The position numbers were made by a program, and so were the translations under genes. Of a DNA stretch of 64,000 nt, positions 1 through 12,203 are shown one piece after another. The notes under the pieces were generated by a model, which saw only the letters and a program-made list of their open reading frames with translations, searched no databases and was not told where the DNA came from. The DNA is taken from positions 647,901-711,900 of the forward strand of contig JALDTO010000215.1 of the NCBI GenBank assembly GCA_023515725.1. The letters run 5' to 3'. The DNA is from Amoeboaphelidium protococcarum X5. Taxonomy: Eukaryota; Fungi; Aphelidiomycota. The number at the start of each line of letters is the position of its first letter. The first letter of the stretch is position 1.

Positions 1-268
1 CCTAAATCTATACGATAAGAACAGTGTTATTTATTGCTTTACTCTGAAGAGTCTTATGAAATTGATCCTGAGACCAAATAGAGGAAGCTGATGATGTTGA
101 GTAGATGACAGAATATCGATACTCGTACGCAAAATTTATCAGAATGAATACCAGAGACATCATGGTAAGACCCAGGAATATTCTAAGCATCAATCCTGTA
201 CAGCACGTGGAATTCATTTACTAAAAATGCCGTTACTTGTAAATAATTTTGAAGACAGCATTCATCAT
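1..268 (-). CDS. 5' part of a probable type II membrane protein, runs off the left edge
   Basis: ATG ATG at 268/265 is in frame with track ORF 8..217 once TAA/TAG are read as Gln. One N-terminal hydrophobic segment (IFLGLTMMSLVFILINFAY); no TGA before the window edge. Confidence 0.55.
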
Positions 269-762
269 TATTCGTTATTCAGGAAAAAAAAGGAGAGAGA
301 GAGTGAGCGGGTGTGAAATTCAGATGAAATAAAGAAGTCGATCGGCGCGAATTCAATTGAGGAAAGCGAGCGCTTCTGATTCGGGGAGATCACCGGTTGT
401 TAGGCGGCGCTTGCTGTTAGTCGCTAGCTGTCAGAATCTTATTTGAACCATTAATAGAGATGGTTTTGGTGGAATGCTCTATTACAGTATCAGTCTGTAC
501 TCTTTATTCGTTTTCTTATTTGGTATGAAGTATATTTGATTTAAATTTCATCGTGACTCTCAATGGCGTGTGTCAAATAGAATAGGAGTCACGTATATTT
601 ATCATAACTTGAAAGGACATTTTGGTCTATCTTCGCAAATACCTTCTTTATAGTTGATACTTACTTGGAAAAGAAAGGTTTAATAATTACTAGTTGACAG
701 TTTCAGATACGCGTTGATCGCTTCGTTAAATTTCCGTATGTTTTCTCTCAGACAAGCTACAA

Positions 763-1874
763 ATGATGACGTTGGAGAAGTTGTGCTAAACGTTAAAACA
801 TCACTCATTGAACATGAGTTCAAGACTTGTAGTGCTCACTGGTGCTGGTATATCTACTGATAGTGGAATTCCTGATTATCGCGGTATGTCCCGTCTCGTA
901 TAGTCTCATCATCAACATTGCTAAAAGTTGCTTAGTATATAGTTGTAGGACCGAATGGCAGTTACTCAATCTAGAAAGATTATAAACCTATTACGTATCA
1001 GGAGTTTATGAGATCTGATGAGCGGCGAAAACGATATTGGGCGCGGAGCTTTCTAGGCTGGCCAAGGATATCTCTGGCGAAACCCAACTCATCTCACAAC
1101 GCGCTGACAACTTTATAAAGCTTGATCCCGTTCGAAATATTTACTCAGAATGTTGATGGTTTGCATTTGAAGGCGCGGTCCCGTGATGTTGTATAGATGC
1201 ATGGAACTCTGTCGGAGGTGATCTGTTAAGGATGTCTTCGGCCGTTTTAAGGAGGGCGTGATGCTTTTCAACTGGCTCTACTTGATTTAAATCCATCATG
1301 GTCTCAGTTGTTACTAGATGCAACGTAATAATACACAGAGTATTATGAGAGTCACAATTTCTTAAATCGATCTGATGATGATGAAATGCACGTACTACAT
1401 ACTCTTGGAGTGGTTAGACACGTTTAACGCCCGAATACTGGTCTCTCTTACAAGAATTCAGTTGTGAGACCAGATGGAGATGTAGACTTGGGCAACTTGT
1501 CATATGCCGACTTTAAATATCCAACGTGTCAACATTGTAATGATAATGATTTACATTCAAATCGCCGACAATACATGGGAATTTATAAACCTGCAGTGGT
1601 GTTCTTTGGTGAGAATTTAGAAGTATCTGTAAGGGATCATGTTTTGCGAACGGTTGGGAGTCTATAGGCGACATAAGATTCTCTGCTCGTCATTGGATCT
1701 TCTCTTGAAGTTTACTCTGCTTACAGGATAGTTAAAATTGCCCTTTAGAAAGGAGCTTTGGTTAATATCATCAATTTGGGAGCCACGCGGGCGGATAAAC
1801 ATTTAGAGGTTAACAAAGTTGAAATTCCATCATCGAATGCACTTAAACGCGTGCTATAGACTATTAAAGCATGA
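763..1874 (+). CDS. SIRT4: Class II sirtuin (SIRT4-like NAD-dependent deacylase); intron 884-948
   Basis: Motifs LVVLTGAGISTDSGIPDYRG, RKRYWARSFLGW, TQNVDGLH, RPDGDV, KPAVVFFGEN, GSSLEVYS. GT..AG intron restores frame; ends TGA 1872-1874. Confidence 0.92.
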
Positions 1875-1920
1875 TCAAAATATCATGAATAGTTATAAAA
1901 TCATTATCAAATCTATTTTA

Positions 1921-2598
1921 TCACATTCTCAGCTCTTTAGGGAACGGATTAGCAAATGGATCATCCAAATAAAAGGTTCTATCAGTAGCGACTGAAATCT
2001 CAGTGTCCCAGTCTCCTTTGGTCTTGTCTTTATTAGGGCCAGACTTGTCAAATTTGTATGGAATCTATGAACCGGACTCTACAGAGTATCTCATACGGCC
2101 ACATTCACCTACAGACCAATTCGCCGGCTTAAATATAATATCCGTAGGTTTGTCCGTAGTTGGATCAATATGCTACACCGCCGTCATTGGAATAGGCAAC
2201 AAACTGATGGCAGAGGTACTAGAATGGCGCATTATCTTCTGATACATGTCTTTCACGTAGACGGCGCGTTTCTTCCAATCAACACCAACTATAGGTCCTC
2301 TTCGCAGCTACTGATCTTGTTCACTGTTCAATGCCGCTAACTATGGGTCAAGTTATGGCGTATTAGCCGCGATATTTGACTCGATGCGCTTATCAAAAAA
2401 GCCCTTCCTCACTTCCACCACGTCATTGAGATAAAACTTGGGCATAAGCTCTTTATTTCCATACTAATCACGAGCCTTCTTCTAGATGCTCAGACTTTCG
2501 CGCACTCTTTGGCGGGAGGAACGTACACCATCCAGCGATTATTCATACGCAGCCTCTAGGATCTGCTTTGGTAGTGTAAAAGGTAGCTTCTTTGGCAT
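1921..2598 (-). CDS. Mitochondrial ribosomal protein uL24m-like
   Basis: 226-codon TGA-terminated frame with a KOW-like segment (FYLNDVVEVRKG), VQHIDPTT, and C-terminal WDT..TF..PFPKEL resembling fungal uL24m. Confidence 0.65.
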
Positions 2599-2729
2599 TT
2601 CTTTTTTAATAATCTGTCTGATTTTCTCTTGATGAAATTCGCTTAGAGAAAAGAGTAGGAAGGGAATATCCCTCAAAAGACTGATTGATCTTCAAGTTTG
2701 ATCAAGACAGTGTCGAGCTTTAAAGACTA

Positions 2730-3483
2730 ATGATTATTCAAAAAAGGATTTCTTAGCTGTATAATGGCCGTTAGACATTGAGATTACCTGTCCGACCGTT
2801 AAGTTTTCATTAGACCGGAGACTTTATACTCCGCAAGGATTTTATCACTGCGGATGAAGAGTCGCCATTGGTAAAATATGTGGATGCACGTTTGGCACGT
2901 CGAGAACCTTATCATTATGATCATTTTGATAAAGTTATAAAAGGATACAGAGAGTGCATTATGTCCAGCTGGCCATAGGATATGGAATTGATATTCTAAA
3001 GAATGAGGAAGTGCGTGTTAGATATGGCTTAACGTGATAATATCAAATGGAAGCCTATTCATGTTTTGGATCTTGCCGAAAATGGTGTCATTGGACCGCA
3101 CACTGATTACATTGATGTAAATTATTTTTTTATGCGCACCTTAACTCTAACATTTTGCTTTGTAGTATTCTGGTGAGTATGTTTGTGGTCTTAGTTTGTT
3201 AAGTGACACGGTCATATAGTTTGAGCATTCTCAAAACACCTCGGACTGGTAGAAGATCCATATTCCAAGACGGTCATTTTATATCACAAAGTAAGATTAA
3301 TAACACATTGAGGGCTTATAATTTCATTAATTAATCACCGTGTTGTGACAATGTAGAGGATCTGTAAGACGAGATTATAAGCATTCGATATAGTCTGAGA
3401 ATGGTATTTTCAGAGTTGATGGCGCGTAGTTCAAGCAACAACGGAGGATCTCATTAATGCTACGCGATGAAAAACAGGCGTGA
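2730..3483 (+). CDS. ALKBH7: AlkB homolog 7 (2OG-Fe(II) dioxygenase); introns 3117-3165 and 3291-3356
   Basis: DFITADEE, YHYDHFDKVIKGYRE, HVLDLAENGVIGPHTD, GLSLLSD, YKHSI, RRISLMLR. Exon lengths sum to a multiple of 3; TGA 3481-3483. Confidence 0.9.
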
Positions 3484-3989
3484 AAATGTCAAGGTAATCT
3501 AGATAGCGTTTGTAGAATTGTTTCTCATTTAAAAGTGTTCGTTTCATTATTCTTAGCGCTTACTTTCTCACGCCTCATATATGACGAGTGTAAACTTGGA
3601 GTAACTCTAACTCTCTATCTCTCTCACTGTCGCTTTGTCCATTCCCGTTCCACATTAGCGAGCGATATGAACGATCGAGTCATTGCGACGAGTCACAGAA
3701 CGCGACGCAGTGAGATCGCGCTAATGCCGTTCTCTTCCTGCGCTTCTGCATCGTAAACTTCAAGCAAGCTAGGCGTCGCGGTCAGAACAGAAAAAAATTC
3801 TTTTCCTTCGTTTCTCTTTTTCATTTCACTTGGAGTGTTATTAAAGGTCTGTACCATTCATTTATATATAACTCACCTGGTCTTCTTCAGGGCCACTATT
3901 GGTCATTTATACACTACTGTTTACTGATTCTCTGTTTGCCAATTGTTTAGAACTGTGTTAATTAAGTAAGGTAGTACTTTGTGGTTGAA

Positions 3990-6440
3990 ATGAGTAGTAG
4001 TAACAAGAAGGAAGACGATAAATTTGCTATTCTCCAATAGTAGGCGTAAAGTGAGCTAATTGAGCATCTACGTTAATAGAGATAATAGCAGTAACAGTAG
4101 AAGTAGCAATTTTAATAGCAGACGTCACTGCCTTAATAATCTCCAACTTAAAAGTACCAATAGTAGTAGCATCTGAGTCCGTAACATAGTCTGCAGTAGT
4201 AGGAACAGTAGTAAAACTTGAATAGAATTGCAGGGTCCCCACCTCGAACAATGACTACGGTCGGGTCAACTGCTGCCACTGATACAATGTAATCTGCTAG
4301 CTCTACTACTGTGCCACCTCTGCATTTAGATAACTTGAGAAATCCGTAGATGAGTATTGATAGGGATGCTTTGATGGCTGCCATGTCTGCCGGTGGATCG
4401 TCTCCAGATTAATTTGTTTAAACTTATAACTCCAATGTTGAAGGTGGTGAACGGATTGTTGACCTTAGTCCGAATGGAAGATATGCTAAACTTAATTGTA
4501 TACTTGGCAAGGGTGCATATAAGGTCGTGTACAAAGCTATAGACCGGGAAGAAGGTTATGAGGTGGCGTGGAACTGTTTCTAGACCACCAAGGCAGAGTT
4601 TACTGCTCTTAGTCAGGAAATTGAAATACTTAAACGAGTCAGGCATCCAAATATTATAAACTTCCATGATTGCTGGTTCAATAATAATGAATTTGTATTC
4701 GTGACAGAGCTAATGACTTCTGGTACTCTGCGTGAGTATATTCGAAAGTTGCAAAGTCCTAACATTAAAGTTGTGAAGCGATGGTGTCGATAAATTTTGA
4801 AAGGCTTGGCCTACCTACACGCTCATAATCCTCCGATAATTCATCGAGATATCAAGTGTGATAACATCTTTATCAATGGAGCTCACGGTGAAGTCAAGAT
4901 TGGTGATATGGGCACTGCCAAGATGAAGTTGGGTAAGAAGTACACTGTTATTGGAACTCCAGAGTTTATGGCTCCAGAAATGTATGAAGAGAAGGGCTAC
5001 AACGAGAAGGTGGATATTTATGCTTTCGGTATGTGTCTGCTTGAAATGGTGACTGGTGAGTATCCTTATTCCGAATGCACTAACGCAGCTCAGATTTACA
5101 AAAAGGTCTCGCAAGGTCTTAAACCGGATTGTCTGCTAAAGGTTACTGATTCTGAAGTGATTGATATTCTTGGAAAGTGTATATGCGCTGAGAATGATCG
5201 ATTATCTGCCGCTCAACTCTTGGAGCACCCATTTTTGACTGTAGAGCCGGAGGTTGTGCTCATATCTGCTAGTGATGATAAGATTAATCTAGTTCTGCAG
5301 GTGTTGTTTAGAGGTATGGAAAAGCTGTCGGTCAAGTTTGAATTTAATGTCGAGAATGACACTGCAGAGGATGTCGTGAATGAGATGATTTAGGAGAAGG
5401 TTTTGCATTAGAAATACCAAGTTCTTATTACTCATGAGATCAATCGCATCCTCAGGGATCTTCATAAACTGAGTGTTGAGAATAAAGGCACCAAGGAGGA
5501 GAGTCGATAAATGTGGAGACGGAGTGATACCACCATCATGCGAGATGAATTGGATCGGGCGAAGCTTGAGGTACAGAAGGCGACTGTACGTGCTCTTGAA
5601 GCTGAGAAGAAGGCCGAGCTGTCAGAGGTCAGAGCTAGACTAGCTGAGGAGCGAACAGTTGCAAGTCCTAATCTGCAGGACTCTATGCACTCTTACAATG
5701 CATCATCAGCTATTGGAAGTCCTGGATAGACCATGATCAGCTCGACTTTTGTTGCCGACAATGGCAAAGCTCTGACTATTAATACTGAGGATGGTTAGTA
5801 GACTACTGTTCCATTGAAAGACTACAAAGATGAGCAGGCTATCGAAGATTTGGTGCACGACACTGCAGTGGTCAATAATCGTGGTGTGGATAAAGAGCGA
5901 GAATGGCTAGCCAAGCTTCATGCTTAGGATGTGATGACCGTCGGTGATCTGCGTGATCTTCACGATGAAGATTGGGGCAATCTGGGACTTACGGTGTTTG
6001 CGAGTAGGGCGCTGAGGAATGCTCTCCATGGTAAGCAATTAAGGAATATTAGCCCAAAGAATGCTCCCTCTGGTAGTACTGGGTAGCCAAAGTCGATAGT
6101 GACAACTCCACCGATGAGTTCAATGGGTGGCGACTATTTTGCATCATCATCTGCGTCTACACATAATCCCGCTAGTGCAAGTGCATAGTAGTCAACGCTC
6201 GCATAGACCGTGCATGGTGGTATCCAGCAAGCTCACGTTTAATCTCATTCCTCGTAGCCATCTTCTGGGTCAGCTGCAAGTGGACATGCTAATTAAATTG
6301 CACACGCCCGTCGAAGAAGTAATGCTGCTGACGTCAACAGTGGACTAAGGAATTAGTCAGTGGTGCATGAGTAATAGTCGATGCACCACCAAGATAGTAA
6401 CTAGTAGCCGTATTATGACGCTGAGGCTTTCGATAAATGA
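3990..6440 (+). CDS. WNK: WNK (with-no-lysine) Ser/Thr kinase with poly-Q N-terminus, autoinhibitory PF2-like domain, coiled coil and SAM-like domain
   Basis: [12 protein letters not shown] (catalytic Lys in subdomain I), [50 protein letters not shown]. Track ORFs 4797 and 5511 share the frame; single 817-codon frame. Confidence 0.93.
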
Positions 6441-6602
6441 GATTTGAATCTTAAAATATACTCATAAATATGTTGACTTTATCTATCTGTTATTTGCCGT
6501 AATACGTCACTAAAAATATAAAAAGAATGACTAAGATTGCATTACTAAGTTTGTATTTCCGATCTTATAAATTATCACGACTCTTATTTATCACACCACA
6601 AC

Positions 6603-7970
6603 TCAATTGGCCCCTGCACCGTTGAATACCAAAGCATTAGGTGAAGCCCTGTCGAGATTTCTAATCTTGTCCTTGTTGGCAATCTTGGACAGCTTCTCGA
6701 TGGCGTCCTTATAAGAAGCTGACGCATCCATACCACTCCAAATAGCAGCGAGAACACCAGCCGCAATTGGAGATGCCATACTTGTTCCACTCAAGACTTG
6801 ATAACTCTTTGGACCCTCATTCCATGAAGAATAGATGAAATGACCAGGAGAGAAAACGTTCACACACGATCCATAGTTGCTAAAGAACGCCGGGTTATCC
6901 AGAATGTCACTCGCACCAACAGTGAAAACATTTTCAGCGCTAGCAGGACTAAAAGTGCAAGCATCAGCGGCAGAGTTGCCAGCAGCAGCAACGATAGGAA
7001 TTCCATTCTCAACCACCTTATCTGCAGCGGCATTTAGAGACTGAATAAATGGACCACCAAGCGACATATTAATAACGCTCTTCTTGTTGCCCTTCTTACC
7101 GCCCCACCAGCTGTGCTTTCTCTTATGATCCTTCACCACGTAATCCAGACCGGCAATGATCCAACTAATCATACCAATGCCACCAGGTCCCAAAACTTTA
7201 ACAGCGACCAGGTCGGCTTTAGGTGCAGCACCAGTGGTTTTACCAGCAGACAGGCCAGCACAGTGAGAACCGTGTCCATTGCCATCTTTATTGCCAGAGA
7301 ACCATGCAGTGGTCTTGCCCCATCTAGCGCGACCTTCAAATTGCTCATGACCAACATTGATACCAGTGTCAACGATATAGATATCAACACCTTTACCAGT
7401 TTCCTTATCGTTACCTTTGAATGAGTAAACAGGATATCCTGGCTAATCACCTTTCTACTTCACAGCGTCAACTTGACTTACGCGCTACAGGCCCCATGAT
7501 GTCTTGTTGTGAGCCCATGCAATGTTGGCAATGCCTTCAGGGATTTTCTAGTCATCTTCATGGATGTATTCCAGCTTGACCATCATATCCTGTTCCACCA
7601 GCTCAACATCAGGATGACCGCGGATAGCATCAATGACACGTGGAGAGAAGCGACCAGCATAACCTTGGAATCCAGGGAAATCATACTGTTGCTAAACGAT
7701 CGACTGCACATCCTACAACTCTTAGGTATTAGCTTCAGCAACTACAGACTACAACCAAGTCAGATGAGCATTCAGCGTAGTGGTGCCAGTAATGGCAGCA
7801 GTCTCAAGATCACCATCAACGCCGCGCATCTGCACAATGTACTGATCCTCAGCGAGCTCGGCAGTCGGAGACACATCTGGAACGCGTAGAGGAGCCAAAG
7901 ATGCTCTATTGAATGGAATTTACGCACCCAGTGCAAATGAAGCCAAAAATAAGCACAAATACTAACGCAT
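6603..7970 (-). CDS. Secreted or vacuolar proteinase K-type subtilisin (S8) with signal peptide and I9 prodomain
   Basis: MRQYLCLFLASFALG signal; catalytic motifs IVDTG, GNGHGSHCAG, LSGTSMASP; 456 codons to TGA. Confidence 0.93.
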
Positions 7971-8635
7971 ATTTGGATTGACAATTTGTGATTAGAATAT
8001 TTATTGAAGATACTCTAATCAGAGTAAAAGAGATTAATGACGAGTAGGAAATTTATCACGACAATCTTGCCATGATTATCAATCGGTGGCGCAGTCTCGG
8101 TGACTCCACACTTTAACGCGTGTCTATAATACTCCAATAAATTCATGCCTCTATTGTTAAAATATTCATGATCTATGTGGAGTAAGATGAGAGATAATAA
8201 TCTAGTAAAGAAGAAGAGAAAAGAACCTCATAAATACTCAACAAATGATTGATCATAGGTTCAAGCATTCAATACGATAAAACATCGTTCGATACCGATT
8301 AGGATGATACCATAGAAAAAAATAGCCAACACTGAACTTGAGTCACTGTTTTAAGGATCTATGAGCAAAAATGACATTTTAATTAGAAAGAGATTGTTGA
8401 CAATGAATATACACGTGATCTATTTCTTGTGCCTCATCGTACACAATGTGTGAAACTCCCGGCCGTTGGTTGCTGATGTCTGAAACAAAACGCTTCTGTT
8501 TACCCACTCTCTCACACTCGCCTGGTCGGTTTCTCGTCAGACAGACAGACTTTCTCGCTCTTACCGGTGTGTGTGTGCGTGTGTGTGTTGTCCCTCAGCC
8601 CAAAAGAAAGAAATCAGAAACGAGCTCCAAAGACC

Positions 8636-8656
8636 AGAGAGAGAGAGAGAGAGAGA
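8636..8656. repeat. (AG)n microsatellite, with a (GT)n tract at about 8567-8588, upstream of PP2A B55
   Basis: Directly visible dinucleotide runs. Confidence 0.9.
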
Positions 8657-8905
8657 AGCGACAACAAAGAAAGACGTTCGTTCGTTCCGTTAGAATTTGA
8701 ACCCCTTCATTTATCGAAAGAACAGAGGAAGAACAAGAACAAGAAGTGTCAACCTATCTAATTGCAATTTTAAGGATCGCTTTTGAATCACCCATCGACT
8801 ACTTGCACCTAGAATTACCTCTTAAAGCAACAGTATTACATTGATAAAATCAAGTTCTGTTTACACCGCCTAGATTGCTGACATCAACCAACACTGGATA
8901 TTGAA

Positions 8906-10541
8906 ATGAGTTCATAATAGTAGTAGTAGTCATAGTCATAGTCACAAGAAGACGGAACTTGGAAGTTTGCCCAATGCTTCGGCGACAAGGGTGATGTCGA
9001 GGATGTAACAGAGCCTGATATCATATCTGCTGTGGAGTTTGACCACACTGGCAACTATCTCGCCACTGGTGACAAGGGAGGCAGAGTGGTTCTGTTTGAG
9101 CGAAACACTTAGGTAAGTTATTGATGTTGATATCTGTTACTAATATTGATCATTTGTGATTATTCTAATGATGATAATGGCTTTTGCTCATCTGAATACG
9201 CCGCTTATATGGCTGGCTATTCAGTGAGCGATTGTCGTTATGTATCCATCTGAATCTATCTACTATATATGTATGTCTGTGTAGAAGAAGGGATGTGAGT
9301 ACAAGTTTTATACAGAGTTCTAATCACATGAGCCAGAGTTTGACTACCTCAAAAGTGTGGAGATTGAGGAGAAGATTAATAAGATCAAGTGGTTGAAGCA
9401 GCATGGCAATAACAATTTGCTTCTATCCACTAATGGTAAGGCTATTTTAACCTTCATTATAGATTTACTGATAGCGATAACTCTCTTATTGATTCATTTG
9501 TGTGTAGATAAAACGATCAAGTTGTGGAAAGTGTATGAAAAGACGGTAAAGAGTTTGGTGGAGGGTAATATAAATGCTATGGACACTGAGAATACCTCGG
9601 CACCTAATGGTATTCTAAAGTTGCCCAAGGTTCTGATATCGGACGCTTTTGTGGCAGCATAGCCCAAGAAGATTTATTCTAATGCTCACACCTACCACAT
9701 CAACTCCATTTCTGTCAACTCGGACCAAGAGACCTTCCTATCTGCAGATGATCTGAGAATTAATTTGTGGAATTTTGCTGTCAATGATCAGAGCTTTAAC
9801 ATTGTTGATATCAAACCGGTGAATATGGAAGAGTTGACTGAGGTTATCACAGCTGCCGAGTTCCATCCTCTGCTGTGTAATCAGTTTGTGTACAGCAGCA
9901 GTAAAGGCACCATCAAGCTCGCTGACATGAGGTAATAGGCTCTGTGTGATAGACACGCCAAATGTTATGAAGAGGATGAAGATCCTGCCAACAAGAGCTT
10001 CTTTACAGAGATTCTGTCTTCCGTGAATGATGTCAGATTCAGTCCGGATGGTAGGTACTTGCTGTCTCGCGATTATCTCACTTTAAAGCTATGGGATGTC
10101 AATATGGAGAATAAGCCAGTGAAGAAGATCAATGTTCATGACTATGTCAACTCTAAGCTGGCCGAGCTGTATGAGCAGGAGATCTTGTTTGACAAGTTTG
10201 AATGCAACTGGAGTGGTGATGGCAAGTATATGCTCACCGGTTCTTATGGCAACTATTTCAATATATACGATAGAGGCAGTAAGAATGAGGTGTCCTTATA
10301 GGCGGATAAGAGTGCATTCAAGGCCAAGCGATCAAACACTGCCAAGACCAAGCTCGGCCTGGGAAAATCCACAAAGTCCTTGTCCTCGGGCAGTACCGGT
10401 GGTGGTCTATCCAAGAAGGAGGAAATTAATCCGGATACTGTAGACTTTTCCAAGAAGATTTTGCACTCATCCTGGCATCCGAAAGAGAACTCTGTCGCTG
10501 TTGCTGCCACTAATAACTTGTTCCTGTTCAGCACTTTGTGA
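8906..10541 (+). CDS. CDC55: Protein phosphatase 2A regulatory subunit B55; introns 9113-9284 and 9436-9507
   Basis: [29 protein letters not shown][TAA=Q][44 protein letters not shown]. Confidence 0.96.
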
Positions 10542-10841
10542 TTGAGTTGTTTGGTATAATTGTAGACTTGGACACTGTTTTATACATTCTACTTGAAAGT
10601 AAGTGTCCAGGTCTCGCTGACTTTTAATAATCAACTGCTGACAAGAATATAATTGAATGAACCGTGTAAGTGTATTAGTAGATTTCGGTAATCTATTTAT
10701 TGTATACTATCCTGTTTGTCTTGTCTAGATTATAAAATTTTAAAATCTATAATATTCACCAAAGGACTGTGATTGAGAGATTTGCATTTTCTTCTATTCT
10801 TCAATTCAACTTGAACAAAACGGAGCGAAAATCAGAAAAAG

Positions 10842-12089
10842 ATGGTTAAAGCTGTGGGTAGAAAGGGAACGAAAGAATGGCGTAAGAATATTGATATATC
10901 TCCGGAGGAAGAGTAATTGGAGCAGAAGCGTAAAAATGAGATGACTGGTGGGCCTGTTGCATTGAAGGCGGATGATTAACTGTTTACCATCGACGTGACG
11001 GCTGATTAGAAAATCAGTCAAAAGATCAAGAAGCGCCGCCGTGTGGATGAGATTCTGGCTGAGCGATCCGCCGTACCTGCTGTACGCAGTAAGAATAGTA
11101 GTAGCATTGTTACTGGTAGTATTAGTAGCAGTGGCGGTAGAAAGTTGTCAAAGAACACCTTGGCATAGCTGAAAAAGATTTAGAAAAAGTTGGACTAAAA
11201 TCAATCAGCAGATTCTGGTTCAAAATCGAAAGGCGACTAGTTGCGTGATATTTGGACAAGTGAAGAGGTGGTTGAAAGCTCTGGAGTAGTTAATGCTTAA
11301 GATAACGCGTTTAGTAGAAAGTTGAGTGATCCTATATAAAGTGCTAAGACTCCCGCTATTAAACACGTCTACCCAGGAGAGTCTTATAATCCGTCAGTGG
11401 AAGATCATCAGAAACTATTGATGGAAGCATATGAATTGGAAATGCAGAAGATCAATTAGAAGGAAAATTTGCAGGATCTACTGCCAGATGTTAACGCGAT
11501 TCTAAGAGCTTAAAAGATTGATTCTGCATTTACAATGGACATTGATTTGGGATCTGAGGATGAGGAGGAAGACGCGTCTGCAGATGACAACGATGGAGAT
11601 AATGGTGAAATCATTGGCGATGCTCAGCCAAGCTTTAGAAAGAGTGGAGTGCCTATTGCAAAGACGCCAGTGCAGCGTAATAAGGCGAAGAGAATCAAGT
11701 AGACTGAGCTGCAACATGCCAGAAATCGTCGATTGAAAGCTATTGTGAAGGCTATTGAGAGTATCGAGAATCTTCAGAATCAGGTGGAGCAGACAGAGTA
11801 GGATCGGAGATAGTTGGCGATTAATAAGGTGAAGTTGTAAAAGTTTCAGAGCCTGTATGAGACTAAATAATTATCTAAATACAACTTTGAGCCTCTGCCT
11901 ATTGCTATCAAGCTGACTGAGGAGTTGCCAGGATCGCTGAGAGAACTGACACCAGAAAGTAATCCTCTCAAGGAGAGATTTAATCGCCTGTAGTAGAAGA
12001 ATATCATCGAGACGCGTATGCCAGTTATGCGCAAGAGAAAGTATCAATAGAAGATGGTGGAGACTCATTCATACAAGAAATTTGTATGA
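10842..12089 (+). CDS. NOP53: Ribosome biogenesis factor Nop53
   Basis: RKGTKEWRKNIDI, LFTID (Mtr4 arch-interacting motif), GESYNPS, IKLTEELPGSLREL, KNIIETR; 416 codons. Confidence 0.9.
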
Positions 12090-12203
12090 TCTATCCGATT
12101 AACTAATGGATGATGATGATCATCTCTACGTTTGTGTTCATCATCAAATCTTGAGTAATAAAACCTTCATCTCTTGAATATACTTACATTTTACTTATAT
12201 TAT

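Noticed and set aside
8446-8761. ORFs with CVCV and ERER repeats
   Set aside because: Translations of (GT)n and (GA)n microsatellites upstream of B55.
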